Below the pieces are notes generated by a model. That model ran no database searches and was not told where the DNA came from. It worked only from the letters and a program-made list of their open reading frames with translations. This document shows, piece by piece, positions 1-13,300 of a stretch of 64,000 nucleotides of DNA. The DNA is taken from NCBI GenBank assembly GCA_016748015.1, contig JAAOMT010000439.1:62001-126000 (forward strand). Reading direction: 5' to 3'. Position 1 is the stretch's first letter, and every line of letters begins with the position of its first letter. The stretch comes from Geosiphon pyriformis uo1 (taxonomy: Eukaryota; Fungi; Glomeromycota). Both the position numbers and the translations under genes were made by a program.

Positions 1-447
1 TGCTAAATTTTGATAGTGCTCATGGAATTCTTCTGGGCCTGTTTTTAGGTCCAGAAAAGCATCTGGATTGGAAACCAATACAATATTAACTAGTTCTAGA
101 GGGTTGTTCTTGATTTCTCATATTTTACTGGACATAGTATCTTCTATTTTAGCATTTGCTATCTACCAGATCTCATCTTTGTCATGTAAGTAACCATCCA
201 AGTGTGAGATTGCTCAGTGCCAGGCAGCAGTAACAGATGTTTTATGACTTACTTAGTTATTGATGAGGATTGTGTATTAGCACGAAGCATTACACATTCC
301 TCTTCAACCAGAAATATTGTTCCACATTTCTTCATCAAGCAACTGTTTTTCACAAGTGAAACATGGTTCATTGTTTCACTTGTCTTGTTACTTTGGATAG
401 CCATACTATTCTCTGTGGTATGGCTTGCAGTAATAGTGGATTTGCAT

Positions 448-1505
448 TGTTACCCGAGTAGAAAAACCGATCCAAAGTTATAAAGAAACATGACCAAAAC
501 ATGACATAACACAGAATAACACACAATAATGTTGGATAACATGTTATAACGTAAGATAACATGTTATAATGCAGGATAATACAGAATAGCGTGCAATAAC
601 ATAAGATAATATGTTATAATACAGGATAACACAGAATAACATGTAATAACATCAGATAACATGTTATAACATAGGATAACTAGTGATAACATAGAAAAAT
701 GAAGCAATAACAAAAACAACAAAGCAATAGCTAGCGATAGCAAGACAATTAAAAGCAATCCTGTAAAACCAAAAGAATGTATAAAAGCAAGTAGTTGTAG
801 AAATAAGAAAAGATAGATAGATACAAATCTCTAGACAAGAATTAAATATCCATACCCCTTCATTCTTTATTATCTTCCTTATTTCATCTCCTAAAATAAA
901 CCAATTATTAAAAGAAATCTGAATCACGAATTTATGTTCTCGAACTTTGTGGAATTTACGTGAATTAACCCTTGTCTCGTACCTCCATTCTAGGACAGAT
1001 GCTCTTAGCATAACTGCCTCAAACCTATTAATGATTTGGACCAATTGCTCTTGATCATGGCGATTAACAATACTAATTTATCTTTTTTTTTCTTTTTTTT
1101 TCTTTTTCTGTCTTATTTTTGTGGAGTGACAACATAGTAAAATCGACTGTTTAGAAATAGACTTCATGATAGCCTGGTAAAAAAGGGAAGCTCTCCCTAA
1201 GTTTTGGATATTAACATTATCTTGTTAGCTTACCAGAAGAATGAAAAGACAATGCCAGACCCTAATGACTGCGCTCATTAGCTTGGAAAAGAAAGCTCAC
1301 ATTTACGAAAAATGTTGCAATCAATGAAAGACAAACTCTGTGCCTTATAACCAAAGAACTCAATGGGTAAATTTACATCCAGGAATAGACTTTTAGAGAC
1401 TGATAATCAAGACTAAGCCAACAGAATTATGTGGAAGACACATCATTCATAATTGAGAACACCAAACATTACCATTTTCCATACCCCCCAAGTTTACCTA
1501 TAACA
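448..1505 (+). mobile_element. Solo LTR ('E') inserted in element A
   Basis: Starts TGTTAC and ends ATAACA. Removing it rejoins A's frame (YW|MQIHYYCKP) with 4 extra bases (flanks gcat/atgt, a possible decayed 4-bp TSD). Tandem array followed by TATAAAAG at 780-787. Confidence 0.8.
500..700 (+). repeat. ~10-bp-period degenerate tandem array (ATAAC-based) in U3 of solo LTR E
   Basis: Repeated units such as acagaataac / atgttataac / ataggataac. Confidence 0.9.
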
Positions 1506-4500
1506 ATGTCCAGTAATTTTTGTTTGGTGCAAACCAAGCTCTCATGGAAGAAAGTTTCTTCTCACAGTCTTTGCATTTGAGAGATATGTATAGTGGTTTT
1601 GTTATTGGTTTTCATGAGTACTCTTTTTTCCAGTCACTAGTTATTTCTTCTGTGGCAGTAATTTCTTTAAGTAGGTCTTCTTCTTTCTTTTTTCTTTTTT
1701 CTTTGTCAGTTTCTTCCCATTCCCAGATTGGCAGTTTGTCTAAGCCATTGTTAGTTTACCAGGTTTGGTTTGCATTCCAGATAAGTTTTTTTTTTTGTGT
1801 TCTTTTTTTGTTGTCATTCCAAGAGAGTATTAGTAGTAATTTGTTGTGGTTTTTATTAGCCCATGACACTTAATAGGCTTCCCAAAGAGGTTTGCTTATC
1901 TTTTCCTCGAGTTCTATTAATGATGTTGGCACATTAGTGGTCTTAAAATAACTGCACATTGCTGGTGTTCACATATGTTGGCCATTTTGGCTGATTTGCA
2001 ACTCTTGGATGGTTCAGTCAAGTATTACATTGGTTTTGGACAGCCAATCATTTCCAACTAGAGCTTGATATTAGATGGCTTCTATAACTAGTACTTTGAT
2101 TGGCACTATAATGCTATTAACCTCTATTGGAAGGTCATCGATCTTGCCGATTGGAATTTTGGTTGCTCTATCAGTAGTAATTATGCATGCACTGACAGCA
2201 TAATCAACTCAGTGACCTAATTGGTCCATGAGTTGTCATGTAATGATGCTGCCAGCTAATCCACTGTCTAAGATCAGTTTGATGGCATAACTATCTACTT
2301 TTGTGTCAGTGTACATAGCAGTGATTAGTTTGGTGTTAAGAGCAGTTCTACTGAATAATAGGACTGATGTGGTTTCCTCAAGTTTGAAAAGAAAAATAGC
2401 TGTTAGGAATTCATTATTGGAGATGGTTGCTGGTGGAATATTGCTGGTAAGTGGCTGTTTTTGTTTGGGTTCTCAGTTGTTGGGTGAGGTGTCTTTTGGG
2501 GTAACCAGAAGACTTAAATATTGTTGAGCATTTGGGTTTTGGGTGTACCTGATGCCCAAATTCTATTGTCGAGATCCTAATGGCTGGGTTGAAGAACTGG
2601 GGATCAGTTGATAAACTACCATTGATGATCTCCAGCTCTGTTGTGTTAGTCTCAGTCTTTGGGTTCTGTTTTGAGTTAAGTTTTATGGCAGTGTTTGAAT
2701 TTGTTGGGGTTGATAGATTACTTAAGGCTGTGGCTGATAAATAGACTGGGACTGTGGTTGATAAATTACAGGTGTTGTTGGCTAATAAACTGGTGGTTGA
2801 TAGATTGGCTGTTGCATTATAGATAGGTAATTTGGTTAATATTGTTTTGGTGATTGATTACTGACATAATTCTGTAATTGTAGTTAACAATTAGAGTTTT
2901 GATACTGATTAGCTGATCTTAGGTCACTTATCTTTTTTCAGCATTCAAATTGCAAATGTTTTTGTTTACCACAATAGTGGTATACACACATTTCTTGTTG
3001 TCATGGTTGATTGGTTAATGATGCTGGACGTGATTAATTTTGGGTGCAATTTGAGTTTTCTTAATTGTTGTATCATTGGAGAAATTGATAAATTGCATAA
3101 TTGTCAGCTAAGTATTCTTCTAATTTCTGATTGATTAATTGAATTACTAAATTGTTTTAGTTTAGAATCCAATTCAGATGATCTGTTCATTACTAGATTT
3201 ATGGCTTGGACATGATTTGCTTTAAGTTCAGCAGATTTAAAATCTTTGGCATTTGTAACTGCGACTTAAAGGTCTGCTGAATACATTGGACGTATACGCT
3301 AGAGGATGCTACTGTGCAGTCCTCTAATGAATTAATTCAGAATTTGTGGCACTATAAAATAATCAGCTTGTATAGCCTGAATTTGGTGCAGATTTCTGTG
3401 GAAGCATCCTAAGTAAGTAATAACTGCTTTATTTTTTCTTTGTTTGATGATAGTAAAGGTGTTGGTTAGGCAATTAATACTGTTATTATTACTGAAATAT
3501 TCCAAGAATGCAATTTTAAATTCCTAGAATGTTTGTGGTTTAACAGCCAGACTTTGATACCACGAGTTGGTAGTATTCTGTAAGAAATATGAGATGACCT
3601 GTAGGGCTCTCGTGTCATTTTATCCATTGGCTATGATGGCTTTTTCAATGTCATTGAGCCATATTTGTGTGTTGTCCTCTTTTTCTGTAAATTTCTCAAG
3701 TTTTGCTATTGGGGCATAGGCCATTGGATCTACGTTTAGTTGTTGTGGTGGTTGAAAGGGTTGTTGTAATGGCTGCTGTAGTGGTATTTGCTGCTGTTGA
3801 ATTAGTTCAACAGGTGGCTAGTTAATGATAATTACTGGAGGTAAGTTTTGCTGAATAATTAACTCAGAGTTTGGATTGTCCTGATTTGGCAGTGCTTGAA
3901 TATTCAGAGTTCTAATTTCTGGATTTTCTAAGTTTAGATGTTGCTGAGTTTAAAAGTTTGGGGTTTCAACTTCTGGGTTTTCAGGAATCAGGTTCTGGTA
4001 AATAAATTCTTAATCTTCAACTTCTTTTTTCTCTTCTTTCTGTTCTCCTTCTGATTCCATTATTTTCTAAGGACTTGTGATTCTGAAATTTGGTTGGGGT
4101 GATGGGGATTGAAGTCCTGATGGTGTTGGCAATTGTAACTTAAATCCTTCAAAATACATGTCATATGATCCTAGAAGATTTTTTTTCCTTTGTTTACTAT
4201 GAAATGTGAATTGTCTGAATGTTGATGTTATGGTTGATGTGGATGCACCTGTTGATGTGATGTTAATGGCGCTTCCTAGTGTATAGTGGTATGATGAATT
4301 TGTTGGTAATTCTATTCTTGTTTTCTTCTAAGTTGGTAATTGTATTTCTTTAGGTGTTACTGCTGATGTTTGTAACTTTCCTTTGTCTTTGTCTGCATAG
4401 GTAATAAGGAATTGTTGTTAAGTGTATCTTTCAATGATTTGGTTAATTTCCCTAATAATTGGTGATTTCTTGGTAAGCTGGTGTGTTGAAATAATTCTGT

Positions 4501-4705
4501 ATAGAAGTTTTCCCTTGCTAATTCAATGTTAACTGTTCTTCCTAAACAGTCTATGATCTTTTTATTGACATAAAAGTTGAAAACAGATTCTGCTGGATAG
4601 TGATTGTTGGTTAAGTCCAATTGTTAACTGTACTGTTGAAATAAAAATTTGGCGAATCCTAAATGGTTTGTCCTTATGATTTCTGATTCTGCCACTTTTA
4701 GATGG

Positions 4706-5490
4706 TGTTACGGAATGGTTTTCTTGTTATATTTAATTGCTGATATCCCGCTTTAATTGCAATCAGTCTTTTGTGAGTTCCTCAATTCTATTTGTGTGAT
4801 AATGTCACTGTTATACTGAAGGCTTTCTTTTTACTATTGCGATATAAGTTATTCTTTAATTCTTGATTGTTGTGTGTGTTTATGTACTCCTTCTCAGAAG
4901 CTGAACTGAAATCTACCCACTGTCTGGGGTCTTCTCTGAGGCTATCCTTGCAATTGCCTGATGTGTTTCTCTAATCTAGAAACACAGAATGTTAATGGTC
5001 TTTAGTGCTTTTCTAATTCTCACAATAAAGCTTTTATCAATTAGTAACAACGTGAATAATCTTGATCAAAGATTATTCTTCCAAGGGATTCAGTTGATGA
5101 ATNNNNNNNNNNNNNNNNNNNNGTTTCTTGGGATATTTAATTTGAAAGTATGATTTAAAGTAGAGTTTGTTGGATAAAATTGGATCTATTGCTTGATAAG
5201 TTATGATTTTTATTACTTGATTGATTCTTTCCCAATATTAAAACTACTGTATATATACATGTTTGTAGTTCTACAAGAAAATACTTTCTTTTTGATATTT
5301 CAACTTGATGCTTGCTGCTATCACCAGTTGGTGTTGGCTGCTATTGTGAACTGGTGCTTGCCACTATTGCGAGATGGTGTTTGCTACTATGTTAATCATT
5401 ATCTTTCTAAAATTATTACTGTGCTATATTATGATTGAATAGTTTGTATTATTTTTATGATTCTTTTTGCTAAATTCTTAAACTGTAACA
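4706..5490 (-). mobile_element. LTR 'D' spanning the assembly gap 5103-5122; flanked by different elements on each side
   Basis: TGTTACGG at 4706 and CTGTAACA ending at 5490. The left flank is A gag and the right flank is B pol linker (LCEEYIMPCD). TATA-like gtatatatac near 5250 on the minus strand. Confidence 0.65.
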
Positions 5491-8400
5491 TCGCAAGGCA
5501 TAATGTATTCTTCACATAGCCTAATGTTCATTTGCTCTAATCATTGAATTTGAGCTTCTTGAGTTGGGTAGGTGTAACTTGCAATTTGGTGGTAGACTTC
5601 TACTTTATCTTCGTAATTGAATCCAGCTAATTTCATGGTGTATTCAATGTATTCTGCTTTCTTCATTTGATGAACATTTTCTTTGGTAGCTCTATTAATT
5701 AATGCCATTGCTAGATCGAAAATCATCTTAGTATCATGGGAGTAGTGATAAAGTTTGTTGTGAGTACTGTTGTATGCCGCATTAAAGGGTGTTCTTCTTT
5801 TTACTTTTTCTGAAATTGATAAAACATATTGGCAGATCTGATCACAGACTCCTCCTTTCATGGCTACATCAATTCAATTGCATTCTTCCCATAGCATATC
5901 TCCACAAGTCAAACAAGAGGTGTTGTCCTATTTTCTGCTCCTTTTTATTAGATGGCCCTATTGTTATCTGTGGCAAGCCTTGCAGTAATAACAAGTATGA
6001 TTTTCATATTCTTTTTCAGGTGAAATGCAGGCTCCCATTGATGATAGTTTCTTGTAGCAGTTCTTACATTTAAGGGGAATATAGGGGCATTGTTTTCTTG
6101 GTTCAGGTTTTGAGTAAGAGATATTCTATCCAGAGGTTTCGGGTTCAGAGTGTGGGGTAAAATGTTCTTGTTCTGTTTCATCGGCCCAGTTGGACATTGA
6201 TCCAAGAGCCATAAATGTTTTAATGAGAGGTTTTTCCTCTTCCGGTTCAAATTCAAAAGCTGAGGCTTTTTCAGAGCGTTTGTTGAATGTACCACAAGTG
6301 GCAGATACCCAGGCATGTTGTCTTTGGTAGAAGATTGTTAACTCTTGTGTTTTCCAATTCAGATTAGCATTGGCTTTTTGAAGCTAATCATTTCCGACAA
6401 GAGCTTGGTACTGAGGTGCGTCCATTACAAGAACTTTGACTGGAATGGTGATTCCATCAAGAGTGAATAGAAAATTGTCAATTTCTTCTACTGGGATCTT
6501 TTTCATGCCATCAGCAGTGACGATTACTGTTTGAGCTGGTTGGTCAACATTTCTCTTCAACTGTTGCATTAACTGGTAGGTGATAATGCTTCCGGCAGAT
6601 CTACTGTCTAGAATCAAGCGAATTGTCTTTCCTTTGACTTCTGCTTCAATGTACATAGCCATGATTGTTTTTTGTTCATTGGCAGCTGCATTGCTAGGCA
6701 GGAATGGTGACTCATTTGCTTCAAACTCAAAAGGAAATATATCTGAAAGGTTAGCATTTTCAGCAATTCTGGCTGGTGGGATTGTGGTAAGAGTATAGGA
6801 AGAGTTTTGTTGTTGTGCTGCAGCTCTACCTTCTAAGGGTGCAGTATGATGAAAATCCTATTCTTTTGGCATTGTTAAATAACTGGGTTGAGTGTGGTAG
6901 TGGTTGGGTTTTGGTTGAGTGGAATTTCGAGAAACCAATTGGTTATTCGAACTGATTCTATTGTTGTTTACTTGGTATTGGTTTTGTGGTATGAATTGAT
7001 TCTGTGTAAGCAGTCTTTGAGCAAGTACTTGATAATATTGTGTGAGCGGTTGTTGGTATTGCTATTGGATTGGCTGTGGGGTGGGCTAATAATAGTTATT
7101 TTGGTATTGGGGTCTTGGTGGATAGTAAGCTGGTGGTGGTGGTTGATAATAAAATTGCTGTGGTGGAGGGTAACGTTGATTACTCCTATTTTGTTGGTCT
7201 CGTTGTAGCTTTCTGCAATCTCTTTTCCAGTGGTCAGAGATTCCACAGTAATGGCAATTTTGAGGCTGGTTATTAGAAAGTGGTGCAAAGTTATTTTGAT
7301 TTCGTCTTTGAGGTGGTTGATATCTTTGGGGTTGCTGTTGTTGTTGATTGGTGAAATAGTTTTCAACCTTCTTTGTGAGTTGGTCAATTTTTTTCTCAGC
7401 TGCTGAGCTGGTTTCTCCAATTGCCAAATTTACAAGTTTTGTGCGATTGGCCTCTTCCATGGCCATTTCGTATCTTTTCATATGCTGTATGGCAGAGTTT
7501 AAATCTTCTGGCATATGTGGGCGAACCTTTTTAATTAGTTTATCTTTTAGACCAGCAATAAATTAATCCAAGATTTGAGCATCGGAATAATAATCATTTG
7601 TTTCAAGTTGGCGAATTTGTCTAAGAAGTTTGTTGAATTTCCCAATATAAGTCATAACAGATTCGGAGGGTTCCTGTTTGATATTTCGAAAATAATTACG
7701 AAGGATGATGGAGGTATTATTGTCGGTAAACTGTTTAAGGAAGACTGCTTTGAAAGCATTCCAATCATTGAATGGGGCGGCCAAGTTTTCAAACCATTCT
7801 CCTACTGTTCCTTTAAGAAAATAGAGAATTGTTCTTAACATTCTGGCAGCATTCCATCTATTTGCATCTCCAGCTTTAGTAACTTGGTCGAGCCATTCTT
7901 GGAGACTGGTCTCAATGTCTTCTCCATTAAATTCAGAGATTTTTGCAATGTATGTTGTCATTTCATCTTCTTCATTCTCACTGTCTATTGATTCTTCCTC
8001 AAATATTTCAGGTTTGTTTTCTTTATTCGCTGCTGTCTCAGAGTGTTCACTTTGATTTTCAGTTAGAAAGTCAAGGAGATTGGAACTAGTTTGAAGAGGT
8101 TCTTGTTGTCTAATGAGACTTCCGAATGATGTAAAATCTTCTGGTCTTGCAAATCAATTCAAGAGTGAATTAGGCATTTGTGCTTGTGCAAGTGAAGCTG
8201 GAAAAGGTGTGATAGTAAGTGGAAGTTTTGAACTGGTTCCTTGTTCAGGTGTTTGTAAATAGTTGGCAGTTATTTTTGGTAGTGTTGGAGTATTTGGGGT
8301 GGTTTTTGAGTATTGTTTTAATTTATTTTTGCCTTTGTTGCTTGTTTCTGTTTCCGATTCAAAATCAATAGTGTATTGAGACTGCACTAAATATGTTTCT

Positions 8401-8718
8401 TCACAGTATTTGATAATGTAAAATTAAGTTCGTGAAAGTAAGTGGCAAGTGTTTCACTGTTAAGGTCTTCAGTTCCCAACTGTAAATAGTGTGCTAAATT
8501 ATTGTAAAGATTGCTTCTAATTTCTGAGATATTGTAATTTCCAAAAAGATAATTGTTGATGCAGTTTTCAATGTATTGGTATACTGATTTCTTGACAACT
8601 TCAATTCCGTCTGGAATGTTGAATTTTTGCTTACAGTGGGTGTAAATTGATTGGTAATACTCTAGAGTTGTTGCGTCTGGTGTAGTTGCCACTTTGAAGT
8701 TGTTTTTGCTGTGTTGTT

Positions 8719-8735
8719 TCCATGGGAGAGCACCA
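8719..8735 (-). promoter_or_regulatory. Primer-binding site of element B
   Basis: TGGTGCTCTCCCATGG, 2 nt after the LTR end; shares TGGTGCTCTC with the PBS of element C. Confidence 0.8.
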
Positions 8736-8737
8736 AA

Positions 8738-9704
8738 TGTTACCAAAGGTTTTTGGTCTCTTTTCTTGAATGTTGTCGATACTTGTTTGCTGTGAATTCA
8801 CGTTTTCTGGATGTAGTTGAACCTCCAATAACTGAATTTATCTTCAAATTATCTCCTATAATTTGAATTGCTGGGCTTATAAGTGGAATGGCCAATTCTG
8901 TGCCAGTTACTTTATGTAGTTACATTGTAGTAAACGTCAACTCTTTCCCAGGAATTGCTTGTCTGGAAGCTTACTAAAATGTGTAGTTACTTTGCTGTGA
9001 AAGTCAACTTTTCTACAGGAATTTCATCTGTAGGTTACCCTAATGATTATGATAAGAAAATAAAAGAAAATAAAAGAAATAGAATTCTGTCAAGGGAAAC
9101 GTTTTCTATCCAGGCCTGGAGTCACTAACAGTCTACTGAAATTGGTAGCTAATTAATTTCAAAATGTTAGTTGGGTTCTTGGGGATTTTCCAAGTGCAAA
9201 TAATTAAAGAATTTGGTTTTTCGAATTATTTGATATTTATTTCTTTTTGTGTGTGTAGGAATGGTTCTAAGTGATAAATCTAAAATAAGATACATTTTCT
9301 CGAAGAGAGAACTCTTCTTTTATACAACTTGTCATAACACTATTCTATGAACTTGAACTTTGCTATTTTTTACAATTTCGCTGAACTAAAGATACATTTC
9401 GGCAAACTACAAGTTATTTCTGCAAACTATTAGATATTTCAGTGAACTATCAATTATTTCGGCGAATTTCTATAAATTTCGGCAAACTTTTGAATGTTAC
9501 ATAGTTTGGGGTATTGCATGATTGATTATTGTAATTAGGTTACATTTGTGTTGTGTACAATTTGGGTTATTAATTAAATGATAATTTCGGACATTTTTGC
9601 TAATGTAATAAGTAATAATTTGAAACAATAATATATGCTAATTAATGATAGGAATTATAAGATAATTTTATACTAAATAATATCTCTAATTTTGTCTGGT
9701 AACA
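8738..9704 (-). repeat. 5' LTR of element B
   Basis: 7-bp terminal inverted repeats TGTTACC...GGTAACA; ~21-bp tandem array ATTTCGGC(A/G)AACT at ~9370-9490; TATAAAAG near 9320; followed by a PBS. Confidence 0.88.
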
Positions 9705-10289
9705 ACACCAAGAATCCTTAGCTTAGTTATCACAATTTTCAAATAAATAATTATTCATTATCTCAAATACATTCTTCACTATTAACACTTCATGTTGATA
9801 GTAACTGATACTTAACCATACTGAAACAATAGCTCTTAATCATGGCTATTGATGGAATACTAACTTGTAAACCATCTTGGCTTATTTCTTATTTTCTCTT
9901 TATCTTTTCTTTATTTCTTTGTTGTCTACTAACTTGATTAAAGAACTTATTCTTAGAAGACTTACAGAGAAATAAACTTGCTTAAACAATACTTATTCTT
10001 GGAGGACTTATGGAGAAACTGACATCAGGGAACAGCACTGGTATACATTTATGGAGGATATTGTACCAGGAGAATCATCAACCATCAAGCTGAGCAAGCA
10101 ATTGACAAAACTATGGTTTCAGGAAACTACTGATAAACTGTTACCATTGAATCTCTGTCTATTATACAAAGAACTTGATTGGAAAACCTTCAGATAAAAT
10201 ATCTTCAGATTATCATCATCACTAATCGCTTTGCACACCAAGTTATGGATTGGTTATTCATTCAACACCCCAAAAAATCACCTGTAACA
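9705..10289 (+). repeat. 5' LTR of element C (R/U5 part; U3 displaced by insertion of B)
   Basis: Aligns without indels to 18863-19447; ends CCTGTAACA. Confidence 0.93.
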
Positions 10290-10291
10290 TT

Positions 10292-10308
10292 TGGTGCTCT
10301 CTGTGAAG
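10292..10308 (+). promoter_or_regulatory. Primer-binding site of element C
   Basis: TGGTGCTCTCTGTGAAG immediately after the LTR; complementary to a tRNA 3' end ...GAGAGCACCA (an elongator tRNA-Met type end is a candidate; inference). Confidence 0.8.
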
Positions 10309-13300
10309 TATAATCTTATAGAGAACCAGTGCCAACAATATCATCCAAACGTGGCAGAATCAGAAATTATAGGAGCCAATCACTTAGAATTTGCAAAATC
10401 TTTGTTTCAACAATACAGTCAACAATTAGGATTAAACAGTAATCACTACCCAGCTGAATCAGCCTTCAACTATTATGTCAATAATAAAATCACAGACTGT
10501 TTAGGAGGAACTGTTAATATCAAGTTAGCAAGAGAAAATTTCTATACAGAATTATTTCAACACACCAGCTTACCAAGAAATCACAGTTTTACTCTAATCA
10601 TTAGGGAAATTAATCAAACCATTAAAAGATACATGCAACAACAATTTCTCATTACCTATGTAAACAAAGGTAAAGGAAGAATACAAACACCAGCAGCAAC
10701 ACCAAAAGGAATACAGTTACCTAGTTGGAAAAAACACAGAGTAGAATCACCAACTGCTCCATCATATTACTACACACCTAGAAGCGCCATCAACATTTCA
10801 TCAGCAGATGCGTTCATATCAAACACAACATTAACATTTGGAAGATTTCAGTTTCAAAGCAAACAACGGAAAGAAGACTTACTAGGACCATACAGTGCAT
10901 ATTTTGAAGGATTTAAATCATGATCTCCAACGCCATCAGGAATTTGATCACCACTACTCCAATCAGATTTCAGAGCCACTACTCCGTGAAAATTATCAGA
11001 GGAAAAAAAGAAAGGAAGTGAAGATCAAGAATTTACTTACCAAAACCTGATTCTAGAAAACCCAAAAATTGAAACTCCGAACTTTCAAACCCAGCCAAAT
11101 TTGGACAATCAGGAAAACAACACTTCAAATATTCAAATCTCACCAAATCAGGATAATCGAAACCCTGATTTAATAAATCAACAAAACTTATCTTTAGTAA
11201 TCATCATCAATCAACCACCAATTAATCTAATAGCCAAATTCATACAGCAGCCACTTCAATTACCACCCCAACAACCTGTGTAACAACAACCATTTCAACA
11301 GCCACCACAACAACTAAACATAAACCAAATGGCCTATGCATCTATTGCAAAGTTAGAAAACTTTACTGGTAAAGAAGATGACACTCAAACATGGATCAAT
11401 GACGTCTCCAAGGCCATCATAGTGAACAATTGGGACAATGCCAGAGCCCTACAGGTGATACTATACTTTCTCAAAGAAACTGCCAATTCTTGGTATCAGA
11501 GTTTAGCCACCAGACCACAAACATTCCAACAATTCAAAACTGCCTTTCTGGGATATTTTAGCAACAATAATAGTATTAATTGTCTAGCCAATACTTTCAC
11601 CACAATCAAACAGAATAATACTAAAGCAGTCACAACATATCTAGGACACTTTCATAGAGTTTTACATCAAATCCAAGCCATCAATGCTGTGTATTTCACA
11701 AAACCCCAGATCCTTAACCAGTTTATTTGTGGCCTGCGCAGTAACATCTTGCAACACGTATGCCCATTACACTCAGCCAACCTTCAAGCCACAGTCACAT
11801 ATGCCAGAGATTTTGAATCAGCTGAGCTAGAAGCCAACCACACTCAAGCTATAAATTTAGTAATGAATAGATCATCTGATTTGAATTCCAAATTAAAGCA
11901 AATCAATGATACCATCAATCAGAAAATTGAGGAATACTTAGCTAATAACCATCAGTCCATTTATCAATCTCCCCAAAGATGCAGTAATCAGGGAAATGCC
12001 AATTGTTTCCAAAATCAAGCATGTCTATCATCATCAATTAATCAACCATGGCAGCAGAAAATGCATGTCTGTCACAACTGTGGTAAACAAAGTCACATAA
12101 GAGCCAACTGCAATGCTTATAACCAACAATCAGGAAATCAACATCAAAACCCCAATTCCTGATTCCAAACTCAGAATCAATATCAAAATCAAGATCAATA
12201 CCAAAACACTTACCTGCCAATAATGCAGCAGCCAATTTATTAAGCACCAGTATATCAGACTCCAGTTTATCAACCACAGCTACCAGCAATATATCAACCA
12301 CAGCCATTTGTAATATATCAACTGTAGCCACAAGTAATCTATTAACCTCAAACCATTCAAACATCACCCCAAAACTCACTTCAACACAATACCTAAAGAC
12401 TGAGAATGACACAACAAGCACTTACCAACAACATTCCACCAGCAATTATCACCAACGATGAATTGCTCGTGGCTAGCTTTCTCTTCGACTTGGAAGAAAC
12501 AATCGAAATTCTGTTGTTCAGTGGAGCAGCTCTTGAAAAGAAGCCAATTACTGCTATGTATATGGATGCCAAAATCGATGACCATGCCATCAAATTGATC
12601 TTAGATAGTGGATTAGCTGGCAGCATTATAACAAAACAACTCATGGATCAATTAGGTCACCGAGTTGACTGAACTGCCAGTGCAAGGATCATTACAGTTG
12701 ATGGAGTGACCAAAACTTTAATAGACAAAATAGACAACCTACTTATCAAAATTAATGGCATCACAGTATTCATCAAAGTCCTTGTAATGGAAGCCACTCA
12801 GTACCAAGCTTTTATTGGAAATAATTGGCTATCCAAAACAAATGCTGTACTCAATTAGATGATGCAAGAGCTCCAACTGAGCCAAAACGGTCAACATACT
12901 TAGACACCAGCAGTATGTGGTTACTTTAAACCAACCAACTCACAGCCACTAATCAAATTTGAGAAGAAAGCAAAGAAACCAACATAGAAAGTGTATCAGG
13001 TTTTGTGGACTAACATCAACCACAATGAACTGCTGCCTATATTTGCCTGGAATGAAAACAACCATGAAAAAGAAAAGCAAAAAGAAGAACATACCTGGAA
13101 AACCACTATTGGTGCTTGAATTGATGACAACCAAAACGAGTTGCCACCTACACTAAGTTGGGAAGAAAAAGGAAAAGGAAAAAAAAGAGAAGACAATATA
13201 CTAGAGGAAACCGAATCAACAAAAGACACCACCAGTGGTTGGACTTGTTCATACTCCATTCATGAGCCACTGTCACAACTGCCATATATACTGCTCAAGT

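Larger units (their letters stand above)
1..4705 (-). mobile_element. Decayed Ty3/Gypsy retrotransposon 'A' (gag, protease, Cys-rich linker), same family as element C; interrupted at 448-1505 and truncated at 4706
   Basis: Minus-strand translation gives MAYAPIAKLEKFT (gag; cf. MAYASIAKLENFTG at 11329), KLILDSGLAGSII (protease) and CKDC...YYCKP. It is collinear with 10340-13800 on the + strand and has many stops. Confidence 0.9.
5491..9704 (-). mobile_element. Decayed Ty3/Gypsy retrotransposon 'B' (5' LTR, PBS, gag with CCHC knuckle, protease, Cys-rich linker), inserted into the 5' LTR of element C
   Basis: Gag capsid-like ORF 7563-7961; CHYCGISDHWKRDC knuckle in 7086-7514; protease LILDSRSAG in 6384-6662; LTR at 8738-9704. 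Confidence 0.9.

Noticed and set aside
500-700. CRISPR-like appearance of periodic repeats (also 9370-9490 and 18645-18810)
   Set aside because: Short degenerate tandem units without unique spacers, inside eukaryotic LTRs; no cas genes.
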